Shown here one piece after another: positions 1 through 9,803 of a stretch of 64,000 bases of DNA. The stretch is taken from positions 29,960 to 93,959 of the forward strand of contig CAVWVI010000005.1 in NCBI GenBank assembly GCA_963758495.1, written 5' to 3'. Origin of the DNA: Oligoflexia bacterium (lineage in GTDB: Bacteria; Bdellovibrionota; UBA1018). A program made the position numbers and the translations under genes. The notes below the pieces were generated by a model. The model had not been told where the DNA came from. It ran no database searches and was given only the letters and a program-made list of their open reading frames with translations. How positions within the stretch are numbered: the stretch's first letter is position 1; every line of letters begins with the position of its first letter.

Positions 1-353
1 TGGGTGCCATGGAAGTGGATGAACAAGGAAATATTGCCAATTGGATGATTCCTGGAAAAGTGGTGAAGGGAATGGGAGGCGCCATGGATTTAGTAGCCGG
101 TGCCCGCAATGTGATCGTGGCAATGCAGCATGTTGCCAAAGACGGTACAAGCAAAATCCTTCCTCGATGCACACTTCCATTGACCGGGGTAGGGGTTGTG
201 AAAAAGATTGTCTCAGAATTGGCCGTGATTGATGTCACTCGTGACGGACTGGTTTTGATTGAGCGCGCCCCTGGAGTGAGCGTAGAAGAAATTCGCAAAG
301 CCACCGCTGCGAAACTTCATATTGCCCCGCATGTGCCTGAGATGACGTTTTAA
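1..353 (+). CDS. scoB: 3-oxoacid (succinyl-CoA:3-ketoacid) CoA-transferase subunit B, C-terminal portion truncated by window start
   Basis: ORF 9..353 continues in frame to the window edge. Translation [22 protein letters not shown]...CTLPLTG matches the conserved C-terminus of CoA-transferase B subunits (AtoA/ScoB). Confidence 0.7.
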   Translation, partial: GAMEVDEQGNIANWMIPGKVVKGMGGAMDLVAGARNVIVAMQHVAKDGTSKILPRCTLPLTGVGVVKKIVSELAVIDVTRDGLVLIERAPGVSVEEIRKATAAKLHIAPHVPEMTF

Positions 354-364
354 CATAAGGGTGG

Positions 365-1492
365 TTGTACGGCAGGCACTCTATGAAACTCCAAAGATTC
401 ATCTTATGTGTGATCCTATTCACGGGTTCAGTTTTCTCAAGCCAAGAGGCATTTTCTCAGAGTGACTTTGGCCAGTTTTACTTGAAGAACCGGGATCAGA
501 CAATTCAATATAGTCAACGTCAAATCGAGCAAGTGCGGAAGCTCCATTTTATTTTGATTCCAGGCATATTTGGCCACTTCGCAAATCTGAAGCATTCCTT
601 ACCGAAATGGAGCCAGCATAAACAAGTATTAGAATTATTCGATCAGTGGAACCCAACTTATTTCGAGGAGATGGTCAGCGTGATCCGAGATGAGCTGGGA
701 AGCGATGTGACTATCTTGTATAGGGACCCGAAAGAAAATTTTCGAAAAAATTCCGACTCATTTTCAGATCGGTTCCGTCAGATCTACGAGAAGAGATCAC
801 CCAAGAGCGTTGTGAAGAAGCTAGTCGTCATAGGCCACAGCAAGGGTGGGATAGATGCTGTATTGACTGGGCTGTGGCATCCCAAGCTTTTCGAAAATGT
901 CATCGAGTACGTCGTTGCGGTTCAGTCTCCGTTTCAGGGAGGACATGGACGCCCAGAAAATATCGAGGAAGATTTCTTAGCAAGGATTTGTAACAGGTAT
1001 GTTGAACGGGTAGACGAGATGAGCCCTGCTAGAATGATCGCCTTATTCAATGAGGCATTGAGGAGCCTGACCGTTCTTTCGCCAGATCAGCGCAACACGA
1101 TTTCGAGTAGGATTGGGTTTGTAGGGAGTTATATTCGAAGTGAAGAGGACCGATCTTGGCTGACTCGTTTATTATTCCACTCCATAGGAATGAAATTTTC
1201 TGGTGAAAAAAATGATGGGTTAATACGATCTCGGGATCAAGTATTGGCCTTTGGGCAAGAAAATACGTCCGACGCCAACCTCATTCCGGCAATAGGCAAA
1301 TTATGGGGTTTTGTTGAGGCAGATCATTGCGATCCATTTATCGGAAAGGGTCTTTTGCTTTTGAAAAAAAGTTATTTAACCCCGAAAGCCTACTTTCGAG
1401 ATTTGCCTATGGATAAAGAGGCGGCGGTAAAGATGCGCCTGCAATTTGCTAGAGTTTTTATCCTTTATCTATTGGGTGAAATGGTCAAGTAA
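365..1492 (+). CDS. secreted alpha/beta-hydrolase (lipase/esterase-like), uncharacterised
   Basis: 375-aa ORF with an N-terminal signal-like hydrophobic segment (MKLQRFILCVILFTGSVFSSQEAFSQ). Nucleophile-elbow-like motif VVIGHSKGG. Confidence 0.4.
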   Translation: MYGRHSMKLQRFILCVILFTGSVFSSQEAFSQSDFGQFYLKNRDQTIQYSQRQIEQVRKLHFILIPGIFGHFANLKHSLPKWSQHKQVLELFDQWNPTYFEEMVSVIRDELGSDVTILYRDPKENFRKNSDSFSDRFRQIYEKRSPKSVVKKLVVIGHSKGGIDAVLTGLWHPKLFENVIEYVVAVQSPFQGGHGRPENIEEDFLARICNRYVERVDEMSPARMIALFNEALRSLTVLSPDQRNTISSRIGFVGSYIRSEEDRSWLTRLLFHSIGMKFSGEKNDGLIRSRDQVLAFGQENTSDANLIPAIGKLWGFVEADHCDPFIGKGLLLLKKSYLTPKAYFRDLPMDKEAAVKMRLQFARVFILYLLGEMVK

Positions 1493-1629
1493 ACGGCTCC
1501 CTTGTCTATCGGTTGGCAGTTTATACTTAAAGAGCGAACTGATCCAGTAGAAGTCCTGGACTTTAGAGGTTGAACTACTCTGTTTTGGTAGTTCGGTTAA
1601 GTGGGACTTCCCGCAGTATAGGTCGTTTC

Positions 1630-3432
1630 TTATTCAGCAACCGCAGCACCTTCTCCACGAGGGTCGGGCACTCCTAAAGTCCTTCCATTGGGAAGCTTTT
1701 CGATTGCATGGACTTTTCCGAGGCTAGCAACTTCTTCGAGAGTGTATCCTTTTTTCTCGAGGATAGAGCGGGTTTCAAAAGGGAAGCCAAATTTTTCAAT
1801 GGCTACGGATTCCGGCTTCCACTGTTGATGAAAGCGAGGCATTGCAACAGCATCGGTCAGAGACATTCCAAATTCTAAACGATTCAATAACGACAAGAAT
1901 ACTGAGGTGATAATACGGGGTCCTCCTGCTGCACCTATAATTATTTTCGCGTTGCCGTTTATATCTCTCACTACAGTCGGTGACATCGAGCTGAGAGGGC
2001 GCTTTCGGGAGGCAATCGAGTTGGCTTCGCCTCCGACGAGGCCAAATAAATTAGGTACGCCGGGTTGGATGCTAAAATCATCCATTTCATTATTCATGAC
2101 GATACCCGTTCCAGGAGGAACAAAGCCTGAGCCAAAATTATCATTGATCGTAGTGGTGATTGCCACAGCGTTTCCTTCTCGATCGATTACGGAAAAGTGC
2201 GTTGTGTGCTGAGGTTCGGGATTGAAAATTTTCCCAGCAGAAGTGGGGAGATGGGCGTAATCTGCTTGGAAGGTTTTCCATTGCTTATCTAGATACGCTG
2301 GAGAGAGTAATCGATCTAAAGGAACATCTATAAAATCAGGGTCTCCAAAGTATTGAGCCCGATCGGCATAAGAGAGTGACATGGCATGAATGAGTGCGTG
2401 AATCGAGTCAGCAGATCCAAAGCCATTTTTAAATGCACCCTTGGCCTCCGCTCTTTCTGCATAATTGAACAGTTGAAGTACTATAGCGCCACCGGATGAA
2501 GGAGGTGGCATCGAGATGACTTCGAATTCATGGAACGTTCCTTGAAGGGGTATTCTGAGTTTAGGATGATAAGAATTCAGGTCTTCAAGGGTAATAATAC
2601 CTCCCGCATCTTGGATTCCCTTGACGATCTTTTTTGCAACTGGACCTTGGTAAAATCCTTGAGTTCCCATTTGAGAGATCTGCGTTAAGACACGGGCGAG
2701 ATCAGGTTGTCGAATCAGGGTACCTGGGGGGCAAGGTGCTGAAGGTTTTTGATGGGCTTTGGGTTGAGTTACTTTATATTGAGTATTTAGGGAGGTGCAT
2801 CCAAAAATCATTTTTGCGGCATCATTCATTGCGGACCAGCGGTCGAGTTCTGCATCTTCTAAGTGAGTTGAGAAGCGAAATCCTTTTTTCGCAATTTCAA
2901 TGGGACGACTCAGAAGTTTTTGCCGAGAAAGCGTGCCGAATTTTTGAAGGGCGAAGAGGAGTCCTGCTGGAACTCCGGGGATTCCTGAAGCCAAGGCACC
3001 ATTTTTTGAGAGATTCGAATTTGCCTTCCTGTTTTGAACAAAGAGGTCTTTATGAGCAGTTGATGGAGCTTGTTCTCGATAATCGATCGCTTGGCATGGG
3101 GATGGACCTTTTACTCCTGGATGTGGGCAGAAAAGAAGAAAGCCACCCCCACCGATGGAGGCATAATGGGGCCGAGTCACGGCCAATGCAAAAGCGGTTG
3201 CGACAGCGGCATCGATAGCATTTCCGCCTTGTCGTAAAATTTCAGCACCCCATTCAGAGGCCTCACGATCATCTGATACCACCATTCCGCGTGTGCCCGT
3301 AATGAGCTGATCTCGACTGAGTGAAACAGATTCTGGGCCACCGATAGATGAACCCAGGGTGTTTAAAGAAGAGATGAAGCATAAGACGATCGTTAGGATT
3401 CTGAGCGCTTGGATTCTGCGTGAGAGTATCAT
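1630..3432 (-). CDS. ggt: gamma-glutamyltranspeptidase
   Basis: Translation contains the GGT core THFSVIDREGNAVAITTTINDNFGSGFVPPGTGIVMNNEMDDFS. The true start is probably the internal Met that precedes a signal peptide (MILSRRIQALRILTIVLCF), i.e. about 3432 rather than 3543. Confidence 0.85.
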   Translation of the reverse strand: MILSRRIQALRILTIVLCFISSLNTLGSSIGGPESVSLSRDQLITGTRGMVVSDDREASEWGAEILRQGGNAIDAAVATAFALAVTRPHYASIGGGGFLLFCPHPGVKGPSPCQAIDYREQAPSTAHKDLFVQNRKANSNLSKNGALASGIPGVPAGLLFALQKFGTLSRQKLLSRPIEIAKKGFRFSTHLEDAELDRWSAMNDAAKMIFGCTSLNTQYKVTQPKAHQKPSAPCPPGTLIRQPDLARVLTQISQMGTQGFYQGPVAKKIVKGIQDAGGIITLEDLNSYHPKLRIPLQGTFHEFEVISMPPPSSGGAIVLQLFNYAERAEAKGAFKNGFGSADSIHALIHAMSLSYADRAQYFGDPDFIDVPLDRLLSPAYLDKQWKTFQADYAHLPTSAGKIFNPEPQHTTHFSVIDREGNAVAITTTINDNFGSGFVPPGTGIVMNNEMDDFSIQPGVPNLFGLVGGEANSIASRKRPLSSMSPTVVRDINGNAKIIIGAAGGPRIITSVFLSLLNRLEFGMSLTDAVAMPRFHQQWKPESVAIEKFGFPFETRSILEKKGYTLEEVASLGKVHAIEKLPNGRTLGVPDPRGEGAAVAE

Positions 3433-3550
3433 AATAGAAAATATGAAAGGTTTAGGGGGAAACGTCCACAAAAAATCATGATTGGAACAGGCCGGGTCAT
3501 GATATGACAGGTTTGGTGAATTGAGGTCATATTTGAAAGGCACTCAGAAA

Positions 3551-4534
3551 ATGTCAAGCAACCCATTCAGTTCCACGTCTACTCTTTCTCTCGATCGTAG
3601 AGTTTATCAAGGGTCTCTTCAACCCAGAGGTTTTCCATCTCTTCCTCTACATTGGGTATCCGAGTGGGATACTTTTCCTAGTGCAGATGGGAAGTTGCAG
3701 CTTTTTTCAGTGGTCCATCATGCCGAAGAGTGGAAAGGTCATCGAGTATTAGTCGTGTTCCACGGTCTGGGTGAGCATGGTGGAAGATATATTCATTTTC
3801 CCTATTTTATGCAGTCGTCCGTAGATGCGGTCTATTGCCTGGATCATCGAGGGCATGGTCGTTCTGAAGGCTTGCGGGGGCATGTTGAGACTTTTAATGC
3901 GTATTCGGATGATGTGGTGTTGGCAATTTCCAGACTGGATGAGCATTTAAAAAAGCGTTTCGGTGATTCTGAGATTCATGTTTTGGGACATAGTATGGGT
4001 GGACTCATTACACTCAAAACTTTTTTTAATCATCCCAATCTTCCGGTCCGGTCCGTTACTATTTCCGCACCGTTACTCGGCATTCGAGCGCCCGTGCCAC
4101 CCTTTAAAAAGTTTGCCGCAATAGCTCTTTCTAGAATATGGGGCTCCATTCATATGATGACAGAACTCGATGCAACTCAGCTCTCTCATGATAAAGATGT
4201 GGTAGAGGCTTATTTATCAGATCGATTAGTACATAAGAAAGTGACCCCAAGATTTTTTACAGAATTACAATTAGCCATGGCAAATACGGTGAAAAAAGAT
4301 TCTGGGTTTAATTACCCGCTTCAAGTCATCATTCCGCTTCAAGACCAAATCGTGAACCCGGACGTGACCCTTGAGTTTTTCCGAAGTTTAAAACTGAGAG
4401 ATAAACTTTTGAAAGTCTATCCTAGTTTTTTTCATGAACCCTTTAATGAAATAGGCAAAGAACAAGTATTTGAGGACTTAAATTTATGGATCAAAAATCA
4501 CTCAGCGAACTCACGCGTCTTATTCGAAAGTTAA
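3551..4534 (+). CDS. lysophospholipase / monoacylglycerol-lipase-like alpha/beta hydrolase
   Basis: Motifs HGLGEHGGRY ... DHRGHGRSEG ... VLGHSMGG align with the MGL/lysophospholipase family (HGAGEHSGRY ... GHSMGG). Start taken at the second Met; 3521 is also possible. Confidence 0.6.
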   Translation: MSSNPFSSTSTLSLDRRVYQGSLQPRGFPSLPLHWVSEWDTFPSADGKLQLFSVVHHAEEWKGHRVLVVFHGLGEHGGRYIHFPYFMQSSVDAVYCLDHRGHGRSEGLRGHVETFNAYSDDVVLAISRLDEHLKKRFGDSEIHVLGHSMGGLITLKTFFNHPNLPVRSVTISAPLLGIRAPVPPFKKFAAIALSRIWGSIHMMTELDATQLSHDKDVVEAYLSDRLVHKKVTPRFFTELQLAMANTVKKDSGFNYPLQVIIPLQDQIVNPDVTLEFFRSLKLRDKLLKVYPSFFHEPFNEIGKEQVFEDLNLWIKNHSANSRVLFES

Positions 4535-5064
4535 GTTATAGAGAGGGGAGTTTTACTCTCGCTTCAGGAAAGAAAAGTTCTTTTTATATCGACCTTAAAG
4601 CGACCACCCTTCACCCTGATGGGGCATTCTGGATTGGAGAAGCTACGCTCGATTTACTCCAAAGAGAAAACTTAAAAATTGATGGGGTGGGGGGGCTCAC
4701 TCTAGGTGCGGATCCATTAGCCACAGCGATCTCGCTTGCAGCTCGAACACGTGGAATGATCTGGCCCGCTTTTATTGTGAGGAAAGAACCCAAAAGTCAT
4801 GGAACTTCACAGTATATTGAGGGTACCGAGAACCTTCCAGCAGGGGCAAAAGTGGTTGTTTTGGAAGATGTGGTGACTACGGGTGGATCAAGTTTGAAAG
4901 CAGTAGAGCGTCTTCGGGAAGCAGGATTTCATCCTGTGGCTACTCTGACCGTCGTAGACCGAGAAGAAGGGGGCGCCGAAGCCATTAAAAAAGCGGGACT
5001 TCAGTTTATGGCTCTCACGACTTTGAAGAAAATCTGCGACTCGGAGCCGCAGGAACAAAGTTAA
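4486..5064 (+). CDS. pyrE: orotate phosphoribosyltransferase
   Basis: 192 aa. PRPP-binding motif VVVLEDVVTTGGS. N-terminal ...REGSFTLASGKKSSFYIDLK is typical of PyrE. Confidence 0.85.
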   Translation: MDQKSLSELTRLIRKLSYREGSFTLASGKKSSFYIDLKATTLHPDGAFWIGEATLDLLQRENLKIDGVGGLTLGADPLATAISLAARTRGMIWPAFIVRKEPKSHGTSQYIEGTENLPAGAKVVVLEDVVTTGGSSLKAVERLREAGFHPVATLTVVDREEGGAEAIKKAGLQFMALTTLKKICDSEPQEQS

Positions 5065-5070
5065 CGATCT

Positions 5071-6729
5071 CTAGATCACGGTATCAACCGCATAATGCTC
5101 GTCATCCGTATGAGGATAATCGACTGTGTAATGAAGACCCCGACTTTCTTTGCGTAGGAGAGCGCATTTGACAATGAGTTCCGACACAGTCAGAAGATTT
5201 CTCAATTCAATTAAATCTGGGGTGAGTAAAAAATTCCAGTAATAGGCATTGACCTCTTCCTTAAGAAGGTTCAGTCGCCTTTGTGCTCTTTCCAATCTGC
5301 GATTGCTTCTTACAATTCCTACATAATTCCACATGAGATAGCGGATTTCCAGCCAGTTTGCCGCAATATCGATCTTCTCTTCAAGTTCAACTGCATGCCC
5401 ACTATCCCATTTGGGTAAATTCATGGGTGAAATCGAATGTGTCTCCTGAGAATGGAGATAGGCATGAAGATTAGAATTCATTTGAGCGGTTGCGTGTTCT
5501 ACTGCACGATGTGCAAAAACCACAGCTTCTAATAGAGAATTACTCGCTAAGCGATTTGCGCCATGGAGTCCCGTGCAAGCCACTTCTCCTACCGCATAGA
5601 GTCCTGAGATATTCGTCTGAGCATATTCATCGACTAAAACTCCACCACAAGAGTAATGGGCGGCTGGTACAACCGGAATGGGACTTGATGTAATATCAAT
5701 TCCAAAGCTCAAACAAGTTTTATAAATATTTGGAAATTTTTTTCGAAGTTCTTTTTTAGGAATGGGTGAGCAATCCAAGAGAACGTGTTTATCCCCTGTC
5801 CTTTTAATCTCTATATCAATAGCTCGAGCCACCACGTCTCGAGGTGCCAAAGAAGCCATGGGATGGTGACGAGTCATAAATTCATCTCCAGAAAGACTTT
5901 TTAAAATCGCCCCTTCTCCGCGCAAGGCTTCCGAGATCAGAAAGGTTCGGGTACTGGGATGATAAAGGCAAGTAGGATGAAATTGCATAAATTCAAGATT
6001 AGCGACTTGAGCACCTGCTCGAAACGCGATAGCGATGCCATCGCCAGTAGCAATGTCTGGGTTGGATGTATAGAGATAAACTTTTCCTGCACCTCCTGTG
6101 GCAAGCACCGTAATTTTTGCAGCGAGAGTGATGACCTTCTCAGAGCGGATATCCAGAACGTAAGCACCCAAGCATTTTCCTGGTTTTGGGTGGTGTTTAG
6201 CCACTTTTCCTTCGGTAATTAAATCAATCGCAATATGATATTCCAAAACTTGAATACGAGGATGTTGGTTGATTTGATCTAAGAGGGCTTTCTCTATAGC
6301 CCATCCTGTTAAATCATCAGCATGAAGAATTCTACGTCTGCCGTGACCCCCCTCTCGATGAAGGTCAAATGTTTCTGCAGGATCAGTAGGTAAAATTTGC
6401 CCTTCTAGATGACTGGTTTTAGTAAACTCTACTCCCAATTGGATCAATTCTTTGACACGTGTGGGACCTTCGTGAACACAGATGTCTACAATATTGGGAT
6501 GACATAAACCCGCCCCCGCAGTCTGAGTATCTTGTTTATGCTCATTGAAGCTGTCTTGCTTTGACCAGACGGAAGCAATGCCTCCTTGTGCATACCGAGT
6601 GCTGCCTTCCGCCCGATCTGCTTTACAGATTAAAATGACTCTATTGTGGTCAGCAAATTTGAGAGCTGTGCTGAGGCCGGCGATTCCTGTGCCCAAAACT
6701 AATACGTCTGTTTCTACTTGATATGCCAT
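5071..6729 (-). CDS. nadB: L-aspartate oxidase
   Basis: 552 aa. FAD motif VLVLGTGIAGLSTA, RYAQGGIA, and a succinate-dehydrogenase/fumarate-reductase flavoprotein-like core. Convergent with pyrE, 6-bp gap. Confidence 0.85.
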   Translation of the reverse strand: MAYQVETDVLVLGTGIAGLSTALKFADHNRVILICKADRAEGSTRYAQGGIASVWSKQDSFNEHKQDTQTAGAGLCHPNIVDICVHEGPTRVKELIQLGVEFTKTSHLEGQILPTDPAETFDLHREGGHGRRRILHADDLTGWAIEKALLDQINQHPRIQVLEYHIAIDLITEGKVAKHHPKPGKCLGAYVLDIRSEKVITLAAKITVLATGGAGKVYLYTSNPDIATGDGIAIAFRAGAQVANLEFMQFHPTCLYHPSTRTFLISEALRGEGAILKSLSGDEFMTRHHPMASLAPRDVVARAIDIEIKRTGDKHVLLDCSPIPKKELRKKFPNIYKTCLSFGIDITSSPIPVVPAAHYSCGGVLVDEYAQTNISGLYAVGEVACTGLHGANRLASNSLLEAVVFAHRAVEHATAQMNSNLHAYLHSQETHSISPMNLPKWDSGHAVELEEKIDIAANWLEIRYLMWNYVGIVRSNRRLERAQRRLNLLKEEVNAYYWNFLLTPDLIELRNLLTVSELIVKCALLRKESRGLHYTVDYPHTDDEHYAVDTVI

Positions 6730-6942
6730 TTCAAAATTCCTTATCAGGCCTTCGTTCTTATCAATTTTATGTTATTATTATAATAGGAAACAAAAACAAA
6801 CCGTATAGGTTGGAAACTCAATAAATTACCCATGAAGTCGATTAAAACGAAATTAGGAAGCCGACCCGGCTTTGGGCCCGAAGGCTTTTTACACCGCTTA
6901 AAAGAAACTGAAAAAAAAGTACAAGAGCGGGTTGTCGTGGAA

Positions 6943-8043
6943 ATGAGTTCATCGGCAATCATAAATAATTATCGAGCAATTCAAGAGTTAGTGCCGGGTC
7001 AACAAATGCTTCCCATGATTAAGGCTAATGCCTATGGTCATGGGGCCGCTTGGGCTGCTCGTCATTTAAGCTCCATGCCGGGTCTTTATGGTTTTGGTGT
7101 GGCTACGCTGGAAGAGGGGGCTGAGCTCCGAGCTGCTTTGGCTTCAAAACTGAGAAAGATTCCCCTTATTGTATTTTCAGGTACTGTCCCTTGGACTGAA
7201 GAAAAGGGACTGTTTTGCGAGCGATTTGGTTTGACCGTGGTGATCACTTCTGAGGAAGATTGGTATACCTTTACAAAGGGAGGCTGGCCCAAGCGGCTTC
7301 GTTATGAGTTACAATTTAATACAGGGATGAACCGGCTTGGAATTTCTCTTCCTTTTGTGCGATCGATTGCAAAAGCTTGTCAGGCGATGGATCCGAGTGA
7401 GCATCCGCAAGGTGTTTTTAGCCATCTAGCGATGAGCGAAACTCCTGATTCTAAACTTAGCTTAAGCCAATTAGAGAAATTTAAAATTCTCAAACATGAA
7501 CTCTTTTCAATTTTACCGACCACTCAGTTTCATTTGGCAAACAGTGGTGGGATTTGGAATAGTAAAAACTTTGGAATTCTAGGCTTAACGGATGTAGTCA
7601 GACCGGGTTTAGCTCTCTACGGAGTACCTCCTTGGGCGGGTGCTGCTGAAAGGGGACTTCTTCCTGTGATGTGTTTTAAAGTGCGCGTTGTTGCTATTCA
7701 TCGTGTTAAGCCGGGTGAGTCAGTTGGCTATGGTGGAACCTATCGAGTCAATGGGAACGAATCTGTGTATGTCGCTATTTTAGGGGCGGGTTACGCGGAT
7801 GGAATTAAACGAGCTCTCAGTAATCGAGGATTTGCTTGGTTAGAGGGGAGAAGTACTCAGTTTTTAGGAGTGGTCAGTATGGATTTATGTGCAGTGGAGT
7901 GCTTAGAGAATACTCAGATAGGCACTTGGGTAGAACTCATCGGCCCTCAGGTTGATATTTGGGCTCAGGCGAAAGCAGCTGGAACGATCCCATATGAGCT
8001 TTTCACTTCTTTATCAAGTAGGGTAAAAAGGATTTATGATTGA
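6943..8043 (+). CDS. alr: alanine racemase
   Basis: PLP-Lys motif MLPMIKANAYGHG. Racemase C-terminal domain. ORF opens at 6832, but Met at 6943 (MSSSAIINNYRAI) fits Alr N-termini better. Confidence 0.8.
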   Translation: MSSSAIINNYRAIQELVPGQQMLPMIKANAYGHGAAWAARHLSSMPGLYGFGVATLEEGAELRAALASKLRKIPLIVFSGTVPWTEEKGLFCERFGLTVVITSEEDWYTFTKGGWPKRLRYELQFNTGMNRLGISLPFVRSIAKACQAMDPSEHPQGVFSHLAMSETPDSKLSLSQLEKFKILKHELFSILPTTQFHLANSGGIWNSKNFGILGLTDVVRPGLALYGVPPWAGAAERGLLPVMCFKVRVVAIHRVKPGESVGYGGTYRVNGNESVYVAILGAGYADGIKRALSNRGFAWLEGRSTQFLGVVSMDLCAVECLENTQIGTWVELIGPQVDIWAQAKAAGTIPYELFTSLSSRVKRIYD

Positions 8044-8821
8044 ACCTCAAGCCAAGAATCTCAATCCCATTGTTATAGAAAACATTTATAAGAGCTTTAA
8101 AAAAGATAGGGAACCTGTTTTAAAGGGGATTTCACTGAGTTTTGAAAAAGGGAAATTGACCTATATCCTGGGTTCATCGGGCGTTGGAAAATCTGTGCTA
8201 TTGAAGCATATCTTGGGTCTATTGAAACCTGATCAAGGGAAAGTATGGATTGATGGAGAAGATATCAGCTTACTTGGAAATCAAGAATTATCACGAATTC
8301 GGCTCAAGTTTGGTATGCTCTTTCAGAATTCCGCTCTTTTTGATGACATGACTGTTTTTGAAAATATCGCTTTTCCCCTTCGTGAGCACACCTCGCTGAC
8401 TGAGAATGAAATTCTGGAGCGAGTGAATAAGACTCTTTCTATTTTGGGAATGAAATCGGGGTCAGATAAAATGCCTGATGAATTATCAGGTGGCATGAAA
8501 AAGCGAGTAGGACTTGCTCGAGCGATTATTCGCGAGCCCTCAATATTACTATATGATGAACCGACGACGGGTTTGGATCCTGTGACCCGTACTACCGTAG
8601 ATGAACTGATTGAGACCCTGAAGCGAGAGTTGAGATTGACGTCTATTGTGATCAGTCACGATATTGCTTCAGCACTGCTTTTGGCGGATTCAATTGCATT
8701 CATTCATGAAGGGCAAATTGCTTTTTTTGGAGTTCCTGCAGAATTTCGACAATCCAAACATCCTGCGATTCAAGAATTTTTAAATGCAGAGCGTCGTACA
8801 GCGGCCGTCTTTCAAGTTTGA
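8036..8821 (+). CDS. ABC transporter ATP-binding protein, MlaF/Ttg2A-like
   Basis: Walker A GSSGVGKS, signature LSGGMKKRVGLARA, Walker B ILLYDEPTTGLD. Overlaps alr stop by 8 bp. No permease or MCE partner adjacent. Confidence 0.7.
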   Translation: MIEPQAKNLNPIVIENIYKSFKKDREPVLKGISLSFEKGKLTYILGSSGVGKSVLLKHILGLLKPDQGKVWIDGEDISLLGNQELSRIRLKFGMLFQNSALFDDMTVFENIAFPLREHTSLTENEILERVNKTLSILGMKSGSDKMPDELSGGMKKRVGLARAIIREPSILLYDEPTTGLDPVTRTTVDELIETLKRELRLTSIVISHDIASALLLADSIAFIHEGQIAFFGVPAEFRQSKHPAIQEFLNAERRTAAVFQV

Positions 8822-8893
8822 ATTCAAGGTGAATAGGGCTATTCTGAGGAGAATCTTATGGATCAACTTTTAAAACCGAGGATGAATTAATTT

Positions 8894-9361
8894 ATGGACC
8901 AGTGGCTCATTCGCACCGCGCAGAACTGGATTGCAGGACCCTATACTTGTGAACAAATTCGTCAAATGATTTCTGAAAATAAGCTGACGCTACAGGATGA
9001 AGTGTGTGTTGCCAACGGATATTGGTTTTCCATTCATGAAAGAGATGAAGTTTTTAAATATTTAAAAATTGAACCTCCTCGTCAAAACACCGAGGGCATG
9101 GAGGATGAGGTCACTGAGACTCAGACGGATGTTCAAGAGGTTCATTCAGAACTGAAGTCGCAGTCAGCTTCACAAAACGCCATTCTATCCTCTGCAAACA
9201 GAAATTTAAGGATAGAGATTAAAAGCCAGCCCAATCAGCGGAATATAAAGGATTTTATTAAATCAGTATTTAAGTCTCTGGGACTGATGGTGTTACTTAC
9301 CGTGGGGTTAGGTGCAATTGCAGTCATTTTAATGTTGAAACATGCGCGAATGCCAGAATGA
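8894..9361 (+). CDS. DUF4339 (GYF-like) domain protein with C-terminal transmembrane helix
   Basis: N-terminal W..A.NGYWF...IHE pattern typical of DUF4339. Hydrophobic C-terminus LGLMVLLTVGLGAIAVILML. Confidence 0.4.
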   Translation: MDQWLIRTAQNWIAGPYTCEQIRQMISENKLTLQDEVCVANGYWFSIHERDEVFKYLKIEPPRQNTEGMEDEVTETQTDVQEVHSELKSQSASQNAILSSANRNLRIEIKSQPNQRNIKDFIKSVFKSLGLMVLLTVGLGAIAVILMLKHARMPE

Positions 9362-9379
9362 CCCTGAGTCATGACTCAT

Positions 9380-9440
9380 GAGTGATCATGATGAGTGATC
9401 ATGATGAGTGATCATGATGAGTGATTATGATGAGTTGTGA
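9380..9440. repeat. 13-bp tandem repeat (gagtgatcatgat) x4 plus partial, preceded by a 14-bp perfect palindrome tgagtcatgactca
   Basis: Read directly: 9380-9431 holds four consecutive 13-mers, the last with c->t. 9366-9379 is palindromic. Lies between convergent genes. Confidence 0.8.
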
Positions 9441-9442
9441 GA

Positions 9443-9775
9443 TCAGTACCGTGTATTACGGGGATCTACAAAGTGAATATCTTTTAGAATTTCTTTAGGG
9501 GGCGTGAGGCCTTTTTTTGCGCAAGGTGTCTTTCCATTCAGAATATCAAGGATCTGATGTTTGCGATGGAATAATTCAGATCTCCAGATAGGATGTTCCA
9601 CTTCTACCCAAAGCACTGAACTTTGAACGCGCACCGCTCTTGCGTGTTTTGCAATGACTTCACCTACAGCAATGGGCCAACGACCCAATGCTTCCGCTTC
9701 AGAAAGTCTCAAGGAGAAAGCTGGGTGCTTCTTTTGAGCTTTTCTTATAATTTCTAATAAGCTATCCAGCTTCAT
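9443..9775 (-). CDS. DUF721 (DciA-like) protein
   Basis: 110-aa ORF. Pattern ...LG(R)WPIAVGE...A.HARAVRV..S.LWVEV..P.W..EL resembles the DUF721/DciA family. Confidence 0.4.
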   Translation of the reverse strand: MKLDSLLEIIRKAQKKHPAFSLRLSEAEALGRWPIAVGEVIAKHARAVRVQSSVLWVEVEHPIWRSELFHRKHQILDILNGKTPCAKKGLTPPKEILKDIHFVDPRNTRY

Positions 9776-9803
9776 AAAATTACTGTATTACTGATAGGTA
9801 GAG

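Noticed and set aside
41-232. 63-aa ORF in an alternative frame at window start (also 235..423 minus)
   Set aside because: Overlaps the well-conserved scoB reading frame. No motif.
2634-3218. 194-aa plus-strand ORF (and 1907..2212)
   Set aside because: Antisense inside the ggt coding region with low-complexity Arg/Leu-rich translation. A shadow ORF.
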